Source of the DNA: Octopus sinensis
Lineage: Eukaryota
DNA length: 64,000 bases
Direction: 5' to 3'
Assembly (NCBI RefSeq): GCF_006345805.1
Contig: NC_043000.1
Location: 130,324,001-130,388,000 of the forward strand
Shown here: positions 1 through 12,589 of the stretch, in pieces
Position numbering within the stretch: the stretch's first letter is position 1
How the letters are laid out: each line of letters opens with the position of its first letter
Program-made: the position numbers and the translations under genes
Notes under the pieces: model-generated
Told to the model about the DNA's origin: nothing
The model's database searches: none
The model's input: the letters and a program-made list of their open reading frames with translations, nothing else

Positions 1-138
1 TGGTACTTAGTTTATTGACCCCGAAAGGATGAAAGGCAAAGTCGACCTTGGCGGAATTTGTACTCAGAACGTAGCGGCAGACGAAATACTTCTATGCATT
101 TCGTCCGGCGTGCTAACGTTTCTGCCAGCTCACCGCCT
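1..138 (-). mobile_element. tRNA-derived SINE family A (5' part, cut by window edge)
   Basis: Minus strand shows box A-like TGGCAGAAACG and degenerate box B GAGTACAAATTCC, followed by GACTTTGCCTTTCATCCTTTCGGGGTCAATAAA; the same sequence recurs at 2.6, 7.3-7.7, 12.1, 26.7, 41.4 and 60 kb. Confidence 0.85.
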
Positions 139-1429
139 TTTTTTCTGTATCACGACCACCGTCTTTTTCTGTATCAGGACTGCATTATCCAATGTATACT
201 TCTTTTAGACAGTAGTTCTTCCAATGAAAGACATTTATTTGCGATTTACCGCTGATTAAGTGACTGCACAGTGACTGCCACCGCAAACCTTTGGATAACA
301 TTTATGCTATCCTCAAACGCATAGCATTCCTTTGACTGTCTCCAGAATATTGATATAAATCAATTTTAGGACCGTGAACTAGTGTTGTTGTTAATGCCTC
401 TTAGAATGATACCTAATTCTGTTTTATTGATAATAATTTTGAAGTTCCAAAAAATCATTGAATTAAGATTTTTTGTACGGTTGTGCATACTGTCTGTTGG
501 AGACGATATTTTTTGAAGAGAGAAAAGACAAACAACTATTTTGATTATAGCTTTATCAGAATTTGTTTTCGGCAGTGCAACTTATTTCACACAATCATCG
601 ATTATTGTTAGACCCTTAATGGAGTTAGATAAACAGACGCTAAATGTATTTAGTTTCCAGCCTAAAACTGCAATATTCTTAATTGCATACAAGGCCACGA
701 TTCCATTTATTGAGAAAATGGAGGGTTTAGTGATATAATGCTATTGCTATTCCATGAAGGGTTCTTCTGGGCATTATGTTTACTTCTTTACTGCACTAAA
801 TGGAGCTTTTAGATAAGAATGATGGAGTTTACCGCCATAACGCACCGACTGACTTCATTAAAGATAAGCTATATTTATTTATTTGTTTTCATATATTTTT
901 ATCTATCCTTACATCTGAAAATCTTCCTCTGTATCCTGTATCAACAATTTAACACACGCTTACATAGATACATGCTCTTTACTACACCTATACAAACTCA
1001 CATGTACATTTAAGAACGTATATACACACTTACTCTTACAAACTTGTATATATAGATTTATGCACTTAAATATATATCACGCAGAAAATAGTTATCTACA
1101 ATGTGTATGCTTGTCTAAGTATAATTATTGTATAAAAGCGTGTATATGCTCGTCTGGTTATGGGTTTATAACTAAGAATGTGACCCAACTATGGTGGTAA
1201 TTTGGTTTCACTGATGAGATAAAAAGTTAAGGGTAGTTTACATACTAAAGCAGGTATAGTGGTAGTATTACACATTTTGATCTATTTCGGAGGCTATTTG
1301 TACGTAATGTTTTAGTTTTAAGTTTACTAATCACAAGGTCTGATGTATATAAATGCATTTACTAAAGTACTAATGCAGTCTTAATTTGTATGCGATTCTT
1401 CAGATTCAAGGGTAGTAATTATAAATGTG

Positions 1430-1612
1430 GCTAGGTGCAGGCGTGGTTAGGACCACGAGTGGTTTTATGGTAAAAAGCTTGCTTCCAAACCACATGGTTC
1501 GGTTTTCAGTCCCACTACATGGCTCCTTCAGCAAGTGTCTTCTATTACAACTTCGGGCAAACCAACTTGTGAGAGGATTTGGTAGGCGGAAACTTAAAGA
1601 AGCCCGTTGTGT
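1430..1612 (+). mobile_element. tRNA-derived SINE family B, 5' half
   Basis: Diverged match to the full copy at 22871-23280 (GGTAAAAAGCTTGCTTCCAAACCACATGGTTC...GCAAGTGTCTTC...GGAAACTTAAAGAAGCCCG), ending in (TATG)n. Confidence 0.8.
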
Positions 1613-1720
1613 ATATGTATGTATGTATGTATGTATGTATGCATGTATGTATGTATGTATGTATGTATGTATGCATGTTTGTATGTATGTATGTATGTAT
1701 ATATATATATATATGTATGT

Positions 1721-1830
1721 AAGTGGCAAAGCTGGCCCTTTGAAATACAAATAATACTCATTTTTACCAGCTGAGTGGACTGTGCAACATGAAATAAAGT
1801 GTCTTGCTCAATATCACAATGTGCCACTGT
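1721..1830 (-). mobile_element. SINE fragment with V-domain-like segment
   Basis: Minus strand TTGAGCAAGACACTTTATTTC...GTCCACTCAGCTGGTAAAAATGAGTA resembles V-type SINE central domains; single copy here. Confidence 0.45.
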
Positions 1831-2593
1831 AAATTAATCTCATGACCTTTACCACTGTGAGCAGAATACCCTTAAAACTAAGCCACGACCCTTCATAGTA
1901 TACCAAAGGACGCAAAAGTTGTCATATTCACTTTTCGTTGTTTCGTTTCTTTAGTAAAAGTACAGTCTTTTACGAAGTGCCAGAAAGGTTCCTCGTACAT
2001 TTAGTTACAAATACAATTTCACATCATTTTGAGGAAATACAGATGAAGTGTATCATTTACTATTGACCTCAATAACAGAAGTGCGATGAAATTTTCGGTT
2101 ACTTTTTATAGACTATACTATTCAGAAACAGTAAAAAATAAAATAGTAAATATAACAGTCCTATTATATATATATATTAAATGTATAAATCGATTCTAAA
2201 TGGTGTTGTTTATTTAGCTTACACAATTGATATTCCCATAAAATTCTGTTTATTTTAGTATTGTGTATATGCTAAATTTGAATACCACCTTAGATATACA
2301 ATCACCAACGATAAAAAAAAAAATCTCATCTTAAAATATATCTGTAAAGTATAAAATCGGAAATAAATTTCAGAATAAACACCGGATTGGGGAACAAAGC
2401 GTAAAACTATGGTGCAACCTAACGCGTTTTACTGTCTAATAGATATATATTTAAAATTAGAATCTGCAAAATTGGCCTGCACTCATATATTATGTTATTT
2501 ACTATCTTAAATTAAAGTATTATCGATGAATAAAAATAACAATCTATGCACATAGGAGGTATATTCATAGTACAAATAATTCTTTCTGCTGTA

Positions 2594-2752
2594 GGCACAA
2601 GGCTTGAAATTTCGTAAGATGGGGCAAGTAGATTCCATCGACCCTAGTGCATGACTATTACTTATTTCGTCGGATTCGAGAGGATGGAAGGCAAAGTTCA
2701 CTTCAGCGGAATTTGAAATCAGAACGAAAATATGGAAGAAATATCGCTAAGT
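2594..2752 (-). mobile_element. SINE family A, diverged
   Basis: GGCACAAGG...CATCGACCCTAGTG...GAGAGGATGGAAGGCAAAGTT...GCGGAATTTGAAATCAGAACG matches family A. Confidence 0.75.
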
Positions 2753-2766
2753 ATCTGATAAAAAAA

Positions 2767-2850
2767 TGCTTAGGTAGAGTTTAGTCTAGTTGTGTAAGAA
2801 CTAAAAAGAGTTTTAGTTCTTACACAACTAGACTCAACACTACCTAAGCA
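2767..2850. repeat. 84-bp near-perfect hairpin/palindrome
   Basis: Arms TGCTTAGGTAGAGTTTAGTCTAGTTGTGTAAGAACTAAAA and TTTTAGTTCTTACACAACTAGACTCAACACTACCTAAGCA, with about 2 mismatches and a ~4-nt loop. Confidence 0.9.
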
Positions 2851-3766
2851 GGTTTTTATTTCATCTTTCACAATTACTTTATGAATATCCGAATTAGTTA
2901 TGCGACACAGACTCCGTGTAGTCTCCTGTAACAACAAAATTTTCTTCTGTTACGACTTTTCTGATGTATTCTTCCTTTTTGTACTGAGGAGAATGATAAT
3001 ATGTAATTAATATAATTTAATTATAATCATAATTAATTTGATTTCTTCCATGTCTCTTACACGTTGGTGTTACCATTTGAAACGATCGCATGCATGGACT
3101 AATATTTTATAAAAATGTTCACATCTCTTCTCCACTTTTAAGTGTTTGTTGAGTTTATATAGGATTGTGTTTGATAAATACTCATAACATACCTTATACT
3201 TATATATATATATATATATATACATGAGTATAATTAAAAAGTGCAAATTCGTTCTCACTCATGCACATTGCACGGTTGCACATATAAAAGTTCTCATACC
3301 TCATACATATGTAAGTGTATAAGTGTGTGAGTGTAAAACAACATATGAGTGTGTTTGTGTGTATGTGTATGTATGTCTATATGTAAAGACAGATAGGAAG
3401 ATAGAGAAAGAGAGAGACTGAGGAGAAACAGAAAGAGTGCGTTATATAAATAATGATATATTCGCAAATCATCCACCCTGAAATTTGTCTTACCTCATAT
3501 ATTAATTTTAGTATTCTTTGATGGTTGCCGATTTGCGATGATAATGTGTTCCCTTTCACGAATGCTATATACTACTCCCTAAATTAAACGAATATTTACA
3601 GTTACGTATTGCTTAGAACACCCTGTTTTTTTCTTGTAATATATGAGATGTACCAGACTAAATGAAAAGAGACATTGTAGTTTTGTATTTATATACATAT
3701 AAATAAATATGAACAAATAATATATACACACTTACACACACACACACTTTAAGAAGAATATTGTTG

Positions 3767-3811
3767 ACAGCGACCTCGGAGTTTCGGCCTGCTTAGCTTT
3801 CATCGGGTTAT
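3767..3811 (-). ncRNA. Decayed type I hammerhead ribozyme motif
   Basis: Minus strand AUAAC-CCGAUGA-AAGCUAAGCAGGCC-GAAA-CUCCGAGG-UC/GCUGU; core has U4->C, helices I and II imperfect. Confidence 0.45.
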
Positions 3812-3819
3812 AGTATATC

Positions 3820-4350
3820 TAGATCATTTTGGCTTTATATAGTTTATAATAAATCTAATTCTTCTGCAGTATTTGGAGTTCTCTTCAATAACAATTACGT
3901 TGAAGGGTAGATTCTGATGGAAAACTATTATGTAAGGTTTTTATCGAATAAATTTGGAGAAGTGTTATGGTTTAGATTTAATTCATGCAAATAGATGTTT
4001 GTAATTAGGTGTGTCTAATTGGGTATATCAGCTTCAGGACTTGGTGTACCTTTTTAGAGATTGACAAAAAGAATGTAGGTATGTGAAACGGTTATTTTGT
4101 CATTAGATGCAGAACTATATATGATACGCCGGATTACAGAGAGTTGCATGCATAGATGAATTCTGAAAATAACACAAATCCACATTTGATAAATAGAAAT
4201 CTTCCATGATATCTTTTCCTCAGAACCTAAGCTTCGACACCTAATTATTATTCAACAGAAATCCAAGTACCTCCCAAAATTTAAACTTATCAGATGAACT
4301 CAACTGAATAGCTGTCCGATAACATATTTTGATTAATTCTAGGTTAATTA
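3820..4350 (-). mobile_element. Possible very decayed Penelope-like coding remnant
   Basis: Minus-strand patches resembling PLE RT (R-Y-L-D-x-C) and a C-terminus (RFIINYIKPK) lie just upstream of the hammerhead at 3767-3811; many stops. Confidence 0.25.
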
Positions 4351-4779
4351 AAATATGTTTGTAACATATCTTAAATTCTAATGGCAAATTCATTGTGGTT
4401 ACTGCGGAGGAAAATTTCTCTCTTATGGTAATGCCGTAAAAGCGCTATATATTCATACTGCTTTTCCACTAGCGACTAACCAGATGCGCGTTTCTCGAAG
4501 GGAAATACCGAAGAGAGATAACCCTATGTAGATTCAAACCCGTAAGTTTAACTAATAATGATGTTCATCAGTAACTGAGTTGCACTGGTGGACTACCTTA
4601 TCAGAATAGAAACAGAAGCATCAGTGCCAAGCAGTGAACAGAAATAAACGAAGTTATGTTCGTGACATATTTTAACTTCTAAAGGCAAATTCACTGCAGC
4701 ATTTACTGTGGGGAGAAAATTCTCCTACGTCAGAGGTGTAAAAACACCATATAGATAGACAGATAAACAGAGAGGTATT

Positions 4780-4780
<1 letters not shown>

Positions 4781-4854
<74 letters not shown>
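4781..4854 (+). repeat. (GATA)n microsatellite
   Basis: Perfect tetranucleotide run. Confidence 0.95.
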
Positions 4855-5529
4855 GTAATGGAAGATGGGCGGTTAAATAGAAGTATTCTTTGATTAAATT
4901 GAAGGATATGTATTCAGATGGTAACGAGAGATGGTAAACGATAAAAGCGTATTTTTACGACAACAGAATATTATTGAAGTGCTGTAGATTAGCATTAATA
5001 AAAAGGAATATAGCTTCTTGGAGAAAAAAAAGTAACAGGTAGAAAATTTCTCATAAAATTAGGTCGTAAAAATTCTTTAAGAAGTAAAAGTAGAACAGAA
5101 AAAATTATCCACTGATCCCCATGGATTTGTGTACACAAAGTATACTATTTCCAAAAATATTAGGTGCGTTCGTGCATAGTGTAAATACAATTCATATATA
5201 TGTGTGTGCTTACTTGTATGTTTTTATGTGTGCACAACTGTATGCGTTATGTGTAATGTTTATGTCTCTTTAGTGTATCCATATGTGTGAATATGTACTG
5301 ATGTCACCATTAAGACTCTAACTCTTTACGCTCTGAGTTTAGGAAACATAAAACCCAAATTCACTACACCAACAGGAGCACCAACACCGTACAACTAACA
5401 TCGGTATACCAGTTGTAGTAGTAGTAGTAGTAGCAGTAGGAAAAGCACCCGTACGAACATTTATCACCTCTACTGCCATTACAAGCAACCGTAAATATAA
5501 CACCAATGTCAGGAAGGGCAGATACGTAC

Positions 5530-5595
<66 letters not shown>

Positions 5596-5837
5596 AACAT
5601 AATTAAGACAGCAAAAACACTTGGATAAGATCTAGAAAATATTCCATATCACTTTAAACACATTCATATTTATATGTATGTGCTTGTATATATACGTATA
5701 TCTACATGCCTATAGCTATGTACGTACCTCTAAATACATATATATGTGTGTGTATATATAATATAAAAAAATATATATATGCATATATACATACATATAT
5801 GTACATACATACACATATATGTAATATATATGCATAT

Positions 5838-6079
5838 ATGGGTACAGGACGTCAGAAAACAAACAAAATGAAATCCGAAAACAGCATGCAATACGAAACG
5901 ACGAAGGCAACATGAAATTTAAATGCTCGAAATGAGGAGTGGATAGACACCCGACAACTGATGAAGGGTCGTTCTTTATGTTACTTATCTTGTTTTCCAT
6001 TTGTTTCTCTTGTTGTTTGCATACCCAAATTTGACTTCGTATTTCATGTTGTTTACGTTTTGTGACGTCCTGTACCCAT
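5838..6079. mobile_element. Short inverted-repeat-bounded element (~240 bp)
   Basis: Termini ATGGGTACAGGACGTCA and TGACGTCCTGTACCCAT are perfect 17-bp inverted repeats, extending imperfectly to ~40 bp; internal CTGATGAAGGG. Confidence 0.7.
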
Positions 6080-6191
6080 TTAATAATTTTGATATATATT
6101 TAAAATAATATAAATTAATTAATCTTATGTATTGGCTTAAGTTTTTCATCGTATGATTCTCCTAATAGTGGTTTTATCTCTAATTTAATAT

Positions 6192-6227
<36 letters not shown>

Positions 6228-6230
<3 letters not shown>

Positions 6231-6613
6231 TCTCTTTACTCTTTTACTTGTTTCAGTCATGTAACTGTGGCCATGCTGGAGCAGCGCCTTTAGTCGAGGA
6301 AATCGACCCCTGGACTTATTCTTTGTAAGCCTAGTACTTATTCTAACGGTCTCTTTTGCCGAACCGCTAAGTTACAGGGGCGTAAAACACCAGCATCGGT
6401 TGTCAAGCGATGTTGGCGCGGTGACCAACGCAGACACACAAACATATAGACGACGAGCTTCTTTCAGTTTCCGTCTACCAAATCCGATCGCAAGGTTTTG
6501 GTTGACCCGAGGCTATAGCAGAAGACACTTGCCCAAGATGCCGCGCAGTGGGACTGAACCCGGAACTATGTGGTTGGTAAGCAAGCTACTTACCACACAG
6601 CCACTCCTACGCC
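6228..6613 (-). mobile_element. SINE family B, full length
   Basis: Reverse complement of 22871-23280; tRNA-like head (TGGCTGTGTGGTAAG...GGTTCAGTCCC) and (GAGTAAAA)n tail. Confidence 0.9.
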
Positions 6614-7315
6614 TATATATATATATATTGTTTAAGGTAATTAAAAATACACATATGTATATATATATATTGTTTTGCTTCTTTTATCTTTTGTTAAATC
6701 TGTTTCAGTTTTACCACTATATTTTAATTGTTTTTCATTCTTTGGTTTATTTCGATTGCTCTTTCAATCAGAGACGTATGATCTTTTCCCAAACATATCG
6801 TGATCATCGCTGTTGTTATCTTCGTTTTCTCTGGTTATTTAGTTTTGAACAGTATGCGGTAGGATGTCACAAACTGCTAAGCGCCGCCTTGAATATTCAA
6901 CTGTCTTTAGCGTCATTTCGCTATTTTATATTCAAGACATTCAAATACCAAACACCATTTAGGCTTGATTATTGTGCTTTCGACTTTCAGACCAAGCCAA
7001 CATACATATAAAGCAAGGCGTTTTTCTTCTACACATCCCATATTTTTGTAAACAGGAAATTACATTGTCTAATATATTTGTCTTCACTCAGGAAGTACCG
7101 GGCATGTTTGACAGAAATTTCATATCATTTCCAGGACTTTGAACGACTAAAGCAGAGACTCTATCGCCATTTGACATCGTCGTATCTGGTCATAAAAAAT
7201 AACATATTTCTATATGGAATAATTGAATGCCATCGACCCGAAATAAGGTGTACCCTGCACACGCGTCATAGAAGACTAACTGGTGTAATATTCACAGTTC
7301 ACTGTAACTTTGTTT

Positions 7316-7750
7316 CTTATTTCTTTATTGCCAACGAGGGGCTGAACATAGAGGGGGCTAAACATAGAGGGGACAAACAAGGACAGGCAAACGGATTAAG
7401 TCGATTACATCGACCCCAGTGCGTAGCTGGTTCTTAATTTATCAACCCCGAAAGGATGAAAGGCAAAGTTGACCTTGGCTGAATCTGAACTCAGAACGTA
7501 GCGGCAGATGAAATACATATTTCTTTACTACCCACAAGGGGCTAAATACAGAGGGGACATACAAGGACAAACAAACGGATTAAGTCGATTATATCGACCC
7601 CAGTGCGTAACTGGTTCTTATTTAATCGACCCCGAAAGGATGAAAGGCAAAGTCGACCTCGGCGGAATTTGAACTCAGAACGTAGCGGCAGATGAAATAC
7701 CGCTAAGCATTTCGCCCGATATGCTAAAGTTTCTGCCAGCTCGCCGCCTT
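7316..7750 (-). mobile_element. Dimeric SINE family A
   Basis: Complete unit 7517-7750 joined to a headless second unit 7316-7516 at GAAATAC/ATATTTCTTTACTAC. Confidence 0.85.
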
Positions 7751-8030
7751 TTTAATTTAATTTTTTTTTTCTGTAGCCTTATTTGTGACGAAGGTACTTG
7801 CATTGTTTTATCGACTAAACGGATATAACTAAATATGTAACAAAATTTACCCGACTAGAATCAGATCCGTATTCCTCCAAGTATATGGGCGTTCATTATC
7901 AAATTTGATGGTCACGTAAAATCTTTAATCTTTTGCACTACAGGAATCCGCAATGACCGTAGATTTAGCGAACGGAATATTGGTAGTCAACAGCGGCGGC
8001 AAAAAATAACAACAGCAGGCGCAACTGCTA

Positions 8031-8049
8031 TAGTAGTAGTAGTAATAGC

Positions 8050-8093
<44 letters not shown>

Positions 8094-8221
8094 CAGCAGC
8101 AGCAGCAGTGGTATTAGTAGTAGTAGCAGTAGTAGCAGCAACAGCAGCAGTGGTATTAGTAGTAGTAGCAGTAGTAGCAGCAACAGCAGCAGTTGTAGCA
8201 GCAGCAGCAGCAGCAGTAGTG

Positions 8222-8254
<33 letters not shown>
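8031..8254 (+). repeat. Compound (GTA)n/(GCA)n trinucleotide array
   Basis: Interleaved GTA and GCA runs with an internal duplicated block; source of the poly-T/A/L/V ORFs in the track. Confidence 0.95.
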
Positions 8255-8599
8255 AGATGTGAAGGAACTGAGGAGGCGAGCAAAAATCTGTAGAATAGCG
8301 AAGGATTGGTAGAATCGTTAGAGCGTCAGAAGCAATGCTTTGTGATGTTCGTTTCATCTCTACGTTCTAAATTCAAACCCGACCGAAATATATTTTGCCT
8401 TTCAAAATTTCGAGTTCGATAAAATAACGTAGCAGTCAAGTATCAGGGCCTACGGTATCGATTGACCTTGGATCTGACCTTGAGTCTTAATTAGTAGGAA
8501 TTATTAAATATCGAAGGATTAAGCGTACACATTTATTGATAAATAACATTCAAGTGAATGAATACCGTATATCTTTATTATTTTTACGCTGAGAATGTT

Positions 8600-8647
8600 G
8601 AATGTGACTTCGAAATTTCGGATTGCTCACCTTCATCAAACTATCCG
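8600..8647 (-). ncRNA. Decayed type I hammerhead motif (C3->U)
   Basis: Minus strand GGAUAGU-UUGAUGA-AGGUGAGCAAUCC-GAAA-UUUCGAAG-UC/ACAUUC; palindromic helix III (AUUUCGAAGU); helix I about 6 bp with one bulge. Confidence 0.55.
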
Positions 8648-8780
8648 ATGACACATAAATTATATTATATTATACCTTGATACTGTATGGACTGAGACCC
8701 TTGTGTTGCGAGGTTCTTGATATAAAATAAGCGTTAATACTTACGGTAGGCAGGTTAGTTTCTCCAGTCCTATAAAACAA

Positions 8781-8978
8781 TTAGAATTGTTGGGGGTATA
8801 AACAGTCTGACTGCTTGTTTCACTGGCAATGGTCAAATTCATGTAGGCACCTATGGTGAAAACCCAGGCGACAATCAATTAAGACCAATCTTCATTTTCT
8901 TAATCTACAGAAAAATAGCTAAATTCCCCTTGTCTATTTATCCGCTAGACATATTCCTTGTCAGTCGTTAGGAAAATG
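8781..8978 (+). repeat. Segment A, inverted duplicate of 9539-9736
   Basis: 198 bp with 3 mismatches by my alignment against the reverse complement of 9539-9736. Confidence 0.95.
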
Positions 8979-9122
8979 TACTCATGCGGACGAGAGTTGT
9001 TTTGACTCTTATTTCTAGCAATGGCGGTGCTGACTAGCGCCATCCGTCATTTTAACGACGACAATACTTGTTGCCTTTCGGTTGTAGACTGCGAATAGCC
9101 ACCTTAATAATCTATATTATTA

Positions 9123-9275
9123 TTTCAGTTGGATCTTCGATTGCATTATGGTATTATAGAATAAAATAAGATGCTTCTTCTGAAGAAGATACCGCAAGTG
9201 AAAGGTGTCAAACTTTTCAACCAATCTCTTCTCCAAACTTGGTAAGTCTGGAGCCTGACCAGATAGGAAGTGTAT

Positions 9276-9326
<51 letters not shown>

Positions 9327-9538
9327 TGTGTATGTGTGTGTGTATGACCGCGTGTGTATCGTTGGCGATTTTCTTTCTCTGTCTTCCCTTCCTTGGACCT
9401 TTTCTTTTTCTATGCTTCTGATGAAGAGCTCTGCTCGAAACGTTAAATCCCCCCTTTTTCTTTCCTTTCCTGAGCGTCCACTAACATTATACTTGTTCCA
9501 CGTCTTCGCCTTGTTGTATTTTTTTCTTTGTTCATGTT
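9123..9538 (+). repeat. Segment B, inverted duplicate of 10600-11086
   Basis: Reverse-complement match with few substitutions; the length difference is in the (TA)n/(TG)n tracts. Confidence 0.95.
9414..9448 (+). ncRNA. Minimal type I hammerhead motif
   Basis: GCUU-CUGAUGA-A-GAGC(UCU)GCUC-GAAA-CG-UU/AAAU; intact core, AACGUU palindromic helix III, one helix I mismatch. Confidence 0.6.
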
Positions 9539-9736
9539 CATTTTCCTAACCACTGACAAGGAATATGTCTAGCGGATAAATAGACAAGGGTAATTTAGCT
9601 ATTTTTCTGTAGATTAAGAAAATGAAGATTGGTCTTAATTGATTGTCGCCTGGGTTTTCACCATAGGTGCCTACATGAATTTGACCATTGCCAGGGAAAC
9701 AAGCAGTCAGACTGTTTATACCCCCAACAATTCTAA
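9539..9736 (-). repeat. Segment A' (inverted copy of 8781-8978)
   Basis: Starts exactly where segment B ends. Confidence 0.95.
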
Positions 9737-9784
9737 CAACGGTTAGTAAGGAGAGACACAAATACGAAAGAAGAAAACAAAGGA

Positions 9785-9824
9785 CCACTGATGCGGTCAC
9801 AGGAGTGTGACGAAAGAACTCTGG
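9785..9824 (+). ncRNA. Hammerhead motif with A9->C, in an element also present at 61.2 kb
   Basis: CCA-CUGAUGC-G-GUCAC(AGGAGU)GUGAC-GAAA-GAAC-UC/UGG; flanking 9737-9935 matches the reverse complement of 61210-61400. Confidence 0.55.
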
Positions 9825-9934
9825 CCGAAATAAGATTAAGATTAATGTAAAAAATAAATATCACTGAAGCAAAATAACACCAAATATATAGTGCGTGTGT
9901 TTTTATTGGCTAAACTGGCAATATGACCAATCCG

Positions 9935-9987
<53 letters not shown>

Positions 9988-10074
9988 AATTCGAGACGAA
10001 ACCACTATTTTGCAAAACAAACAAGGAAAGACTTAATCAATACATAAAAATTTTTAATATAAAGAAATAAACCG

Positions 10075-10117
10075 CCACTACAATCGTTTCATGTCTTCAA
10101 TGACATTCGTCAGGTGG
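10075..10117 (-). ncRNA. Type I hammerhead ribozyme, left palindrome arm
   Basis: Exact mirror image of 10189-10231. Confidence 0.8.
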
Positions 10118-10188
10118 ATTTTCGATCTCCTAATCTGTTTTAATTTATGAAGACTTCATAAATTAAAACAGATTAGGAGATCGAAAAT

Positions 10189-10231
10189 CCACCTGACGAA
10201 TGTCATTGAAGACATGAAACGATTGTAGTGG
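10189..10231 (+). ncRNA. Type I hammerhead ribozyme, right palindrome arm
   Basis: CCAC-CUGACGA-AUGUC(AUUGAA)GACAU-GAAA-CGAUUG-UA/GUGG: 4-bp helix I, 5-bp helix II, self-complementary helix III; predicted cleavage after 10227. Confidence 0.8.
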
Positions 10232-10401
10232 CGGTTTATTTCTTTATATTAAAAATTTTTATGTATTGATTAAGTATTTCCTTGTTTATTTTGCAAAATA
10301 GTGGTTTTGTCTCGATTATATTATATAATATTTTACTATAAAATTGGATTTAATCCTAAATCTGATTTTTCCCTGTAAATTTGGATTTATTCCCTAATAT
10401 T

Positions 10402-10435
<34 letters not shown>

Positions 10436-10451
10436 CACATATATATATAGG

Positions 10452-10496
<45 letters not shown>

Positions 10497-10521
10497 GATA
10501 GATAGATAGATAGATAGGAGG

Positions 10522-10595
<74 letters not shown>

Positions 10596-10599
10596 ATCC

Positions 10600-11086
<487 letters not shown>

Positions 11087-11944
11087 CTGATTTACAAATG
11101 ATATTGTTTGGAGATTTGTATTCTAAAATGAATACAAAGACACAGTTTTCAACAGCTCAACAGAGTTTGCAATATATGTATACGCTTCAATTCCCATTAC
11201 TATATGATAATTCTCATTGAGTAGTTTATAGTTAAGTTAATGTTGACGTTTTTCATGTTATGGAGACATCAAAAATTTTATTAGTAATAATTATGTAATG
11301 ATGAAAAGACATTAGATCAACGACTAATATTATTTCAATTATTCTCCAAAGTACAAGAGACAAATTATGACATTGCGATTGTGGCCCCGATTTTAATTTT
11401 CCAAGTATCGAGGAATAATGTCACCAAGCTGTTAATTATGTATCCATGGTTACCTCAGTTTCTCTCTTTATTCCTGTAAAAATTATGCAAGTATTATGAT
11501 GTGGACATCAGTTTGCAAAAGAAGACATCTTTCTGTGCAACAGTCCATGTGAATTTACTTTGTTGAATATCAGCTACATAGTTCCGATATCTGAAGTAAA
11601 GGTGACGCAATGTATGACTGAATAAACTATTAATTAATAGAATTTTCTCGATGTTTGTATATTCTTTATATGCGTATGCTTCTCAATGCAAGTATATTCC
11701 AGAAACTCGTATAACAATAGACTTTATGGATTAGCTGTACGGAAGACTGTTCATTCTATGCTCTTCTGCTCCTTTTAGAATACGGAAGTGAACGCCATTC
11801 AACTCAATTAGACAAACCCGCCGTGTAGCTTTATTTCTTCCTCGTATTTGCTCAACTCGAAATCCCTAAAGATCTATTTCACAAATTTCGAGAGCAGGAG
11901 GAAAGGAATATTGCAACATAGCGTCGGAGTTTCGTTTATGAGTC

Positions 11945-12190
11945 CCGGCATAACAGTGGAAATGCTGCTAAGCATTTTTTTCGGCGCGAAAAAGATTCTG
12001 CCAGTTCGCCGCCTTTGAGCTTTTTAATATTGGTTTCACATTTTGGCACAAAACCAGTTAGTTCTGGTAGGTCGTAAGTTAAGTACATCGATTGGTACTT
12101 ATTTTACTGACCCTAGAAGTATGTAAGGCAAAGTCGACTTCGACGGAATTTGAACACAGAGCGTAAGGACGAATGAAATGCTTCTAAGCC
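11945..12190 (-). mobile_element. Two adjacent SINE family A fragments
   Basis: GCTAAGCATTTT...TCTGCCAGTTCGCCGCC head, then GGTACTTATTTTACTGACCC...GGCAAAGTCGACTTCGACGGAATTTGAACACAGA. Confidence 0.7.
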
Positions 12191-12589
12191 TTGCATTCTA
12201 GATACAATACCTCATACGAGTGCAACGTACACGTAAAGAGTTCAAATTCAGCCAACATTAATTTTTGTCTGTCATCCTTTCGGAGATGAAAATGATGTAA
12301 CAGTTCAGTGCGACGGGTTGTCGGAACTGCTCGTGCTGTCGGAACAGATACCTTAAAGTATCAATTCGGGTTCTTTACATTCATTCAACAATGGCTGCAT
12401 TGACTCTCGTGCGAAGAGGTGTCGGTCTAAGTCAGCAGACTTTCTCTGGGTTAAACACCAACGGCGCAGAAAAGTGAGTTTGCCTGAGTGGAGAAATGTC
12501 AATCTAACTCAAAGAAAATCTTATGATATCTTATGATATATTCATATGATATATCTTATGATATATTCATAGGAAAGGCTATCTTTGAG

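Larger units (their letters stand above)
9985..10320. repeat. ~335-bp near-perfect palindrome centred on 10153
   Basis: Arms of ~168 bp with a 1-nt spacer (ATGAAG-A-CTTCAT); about 4 differences, all in the outer part. Confidence 0.95.

Noticed and set aside
6400-7011. 203-aa ORF
   Set aside because: The first third is the antisense of a family B SINE, then a TA tract and AT-rich sequence; no protein signature.
9180-9220. CUGAAGA plus GAUACC/GGUGUC hairpin (mirror at ~11000-11030)
   Set aside because: Followed by AAAC rather than GAAA, and no helix I partner; at best a very decayed motif, so not counted.
11454-11473. Possible 20-nt minus-strand microexon (TTTTTACAG...GAG/GTAACC)
   Set aside because: Splice-like signals of this quality arise by chance in 64 kb and there is no supporting neighbouring exon.
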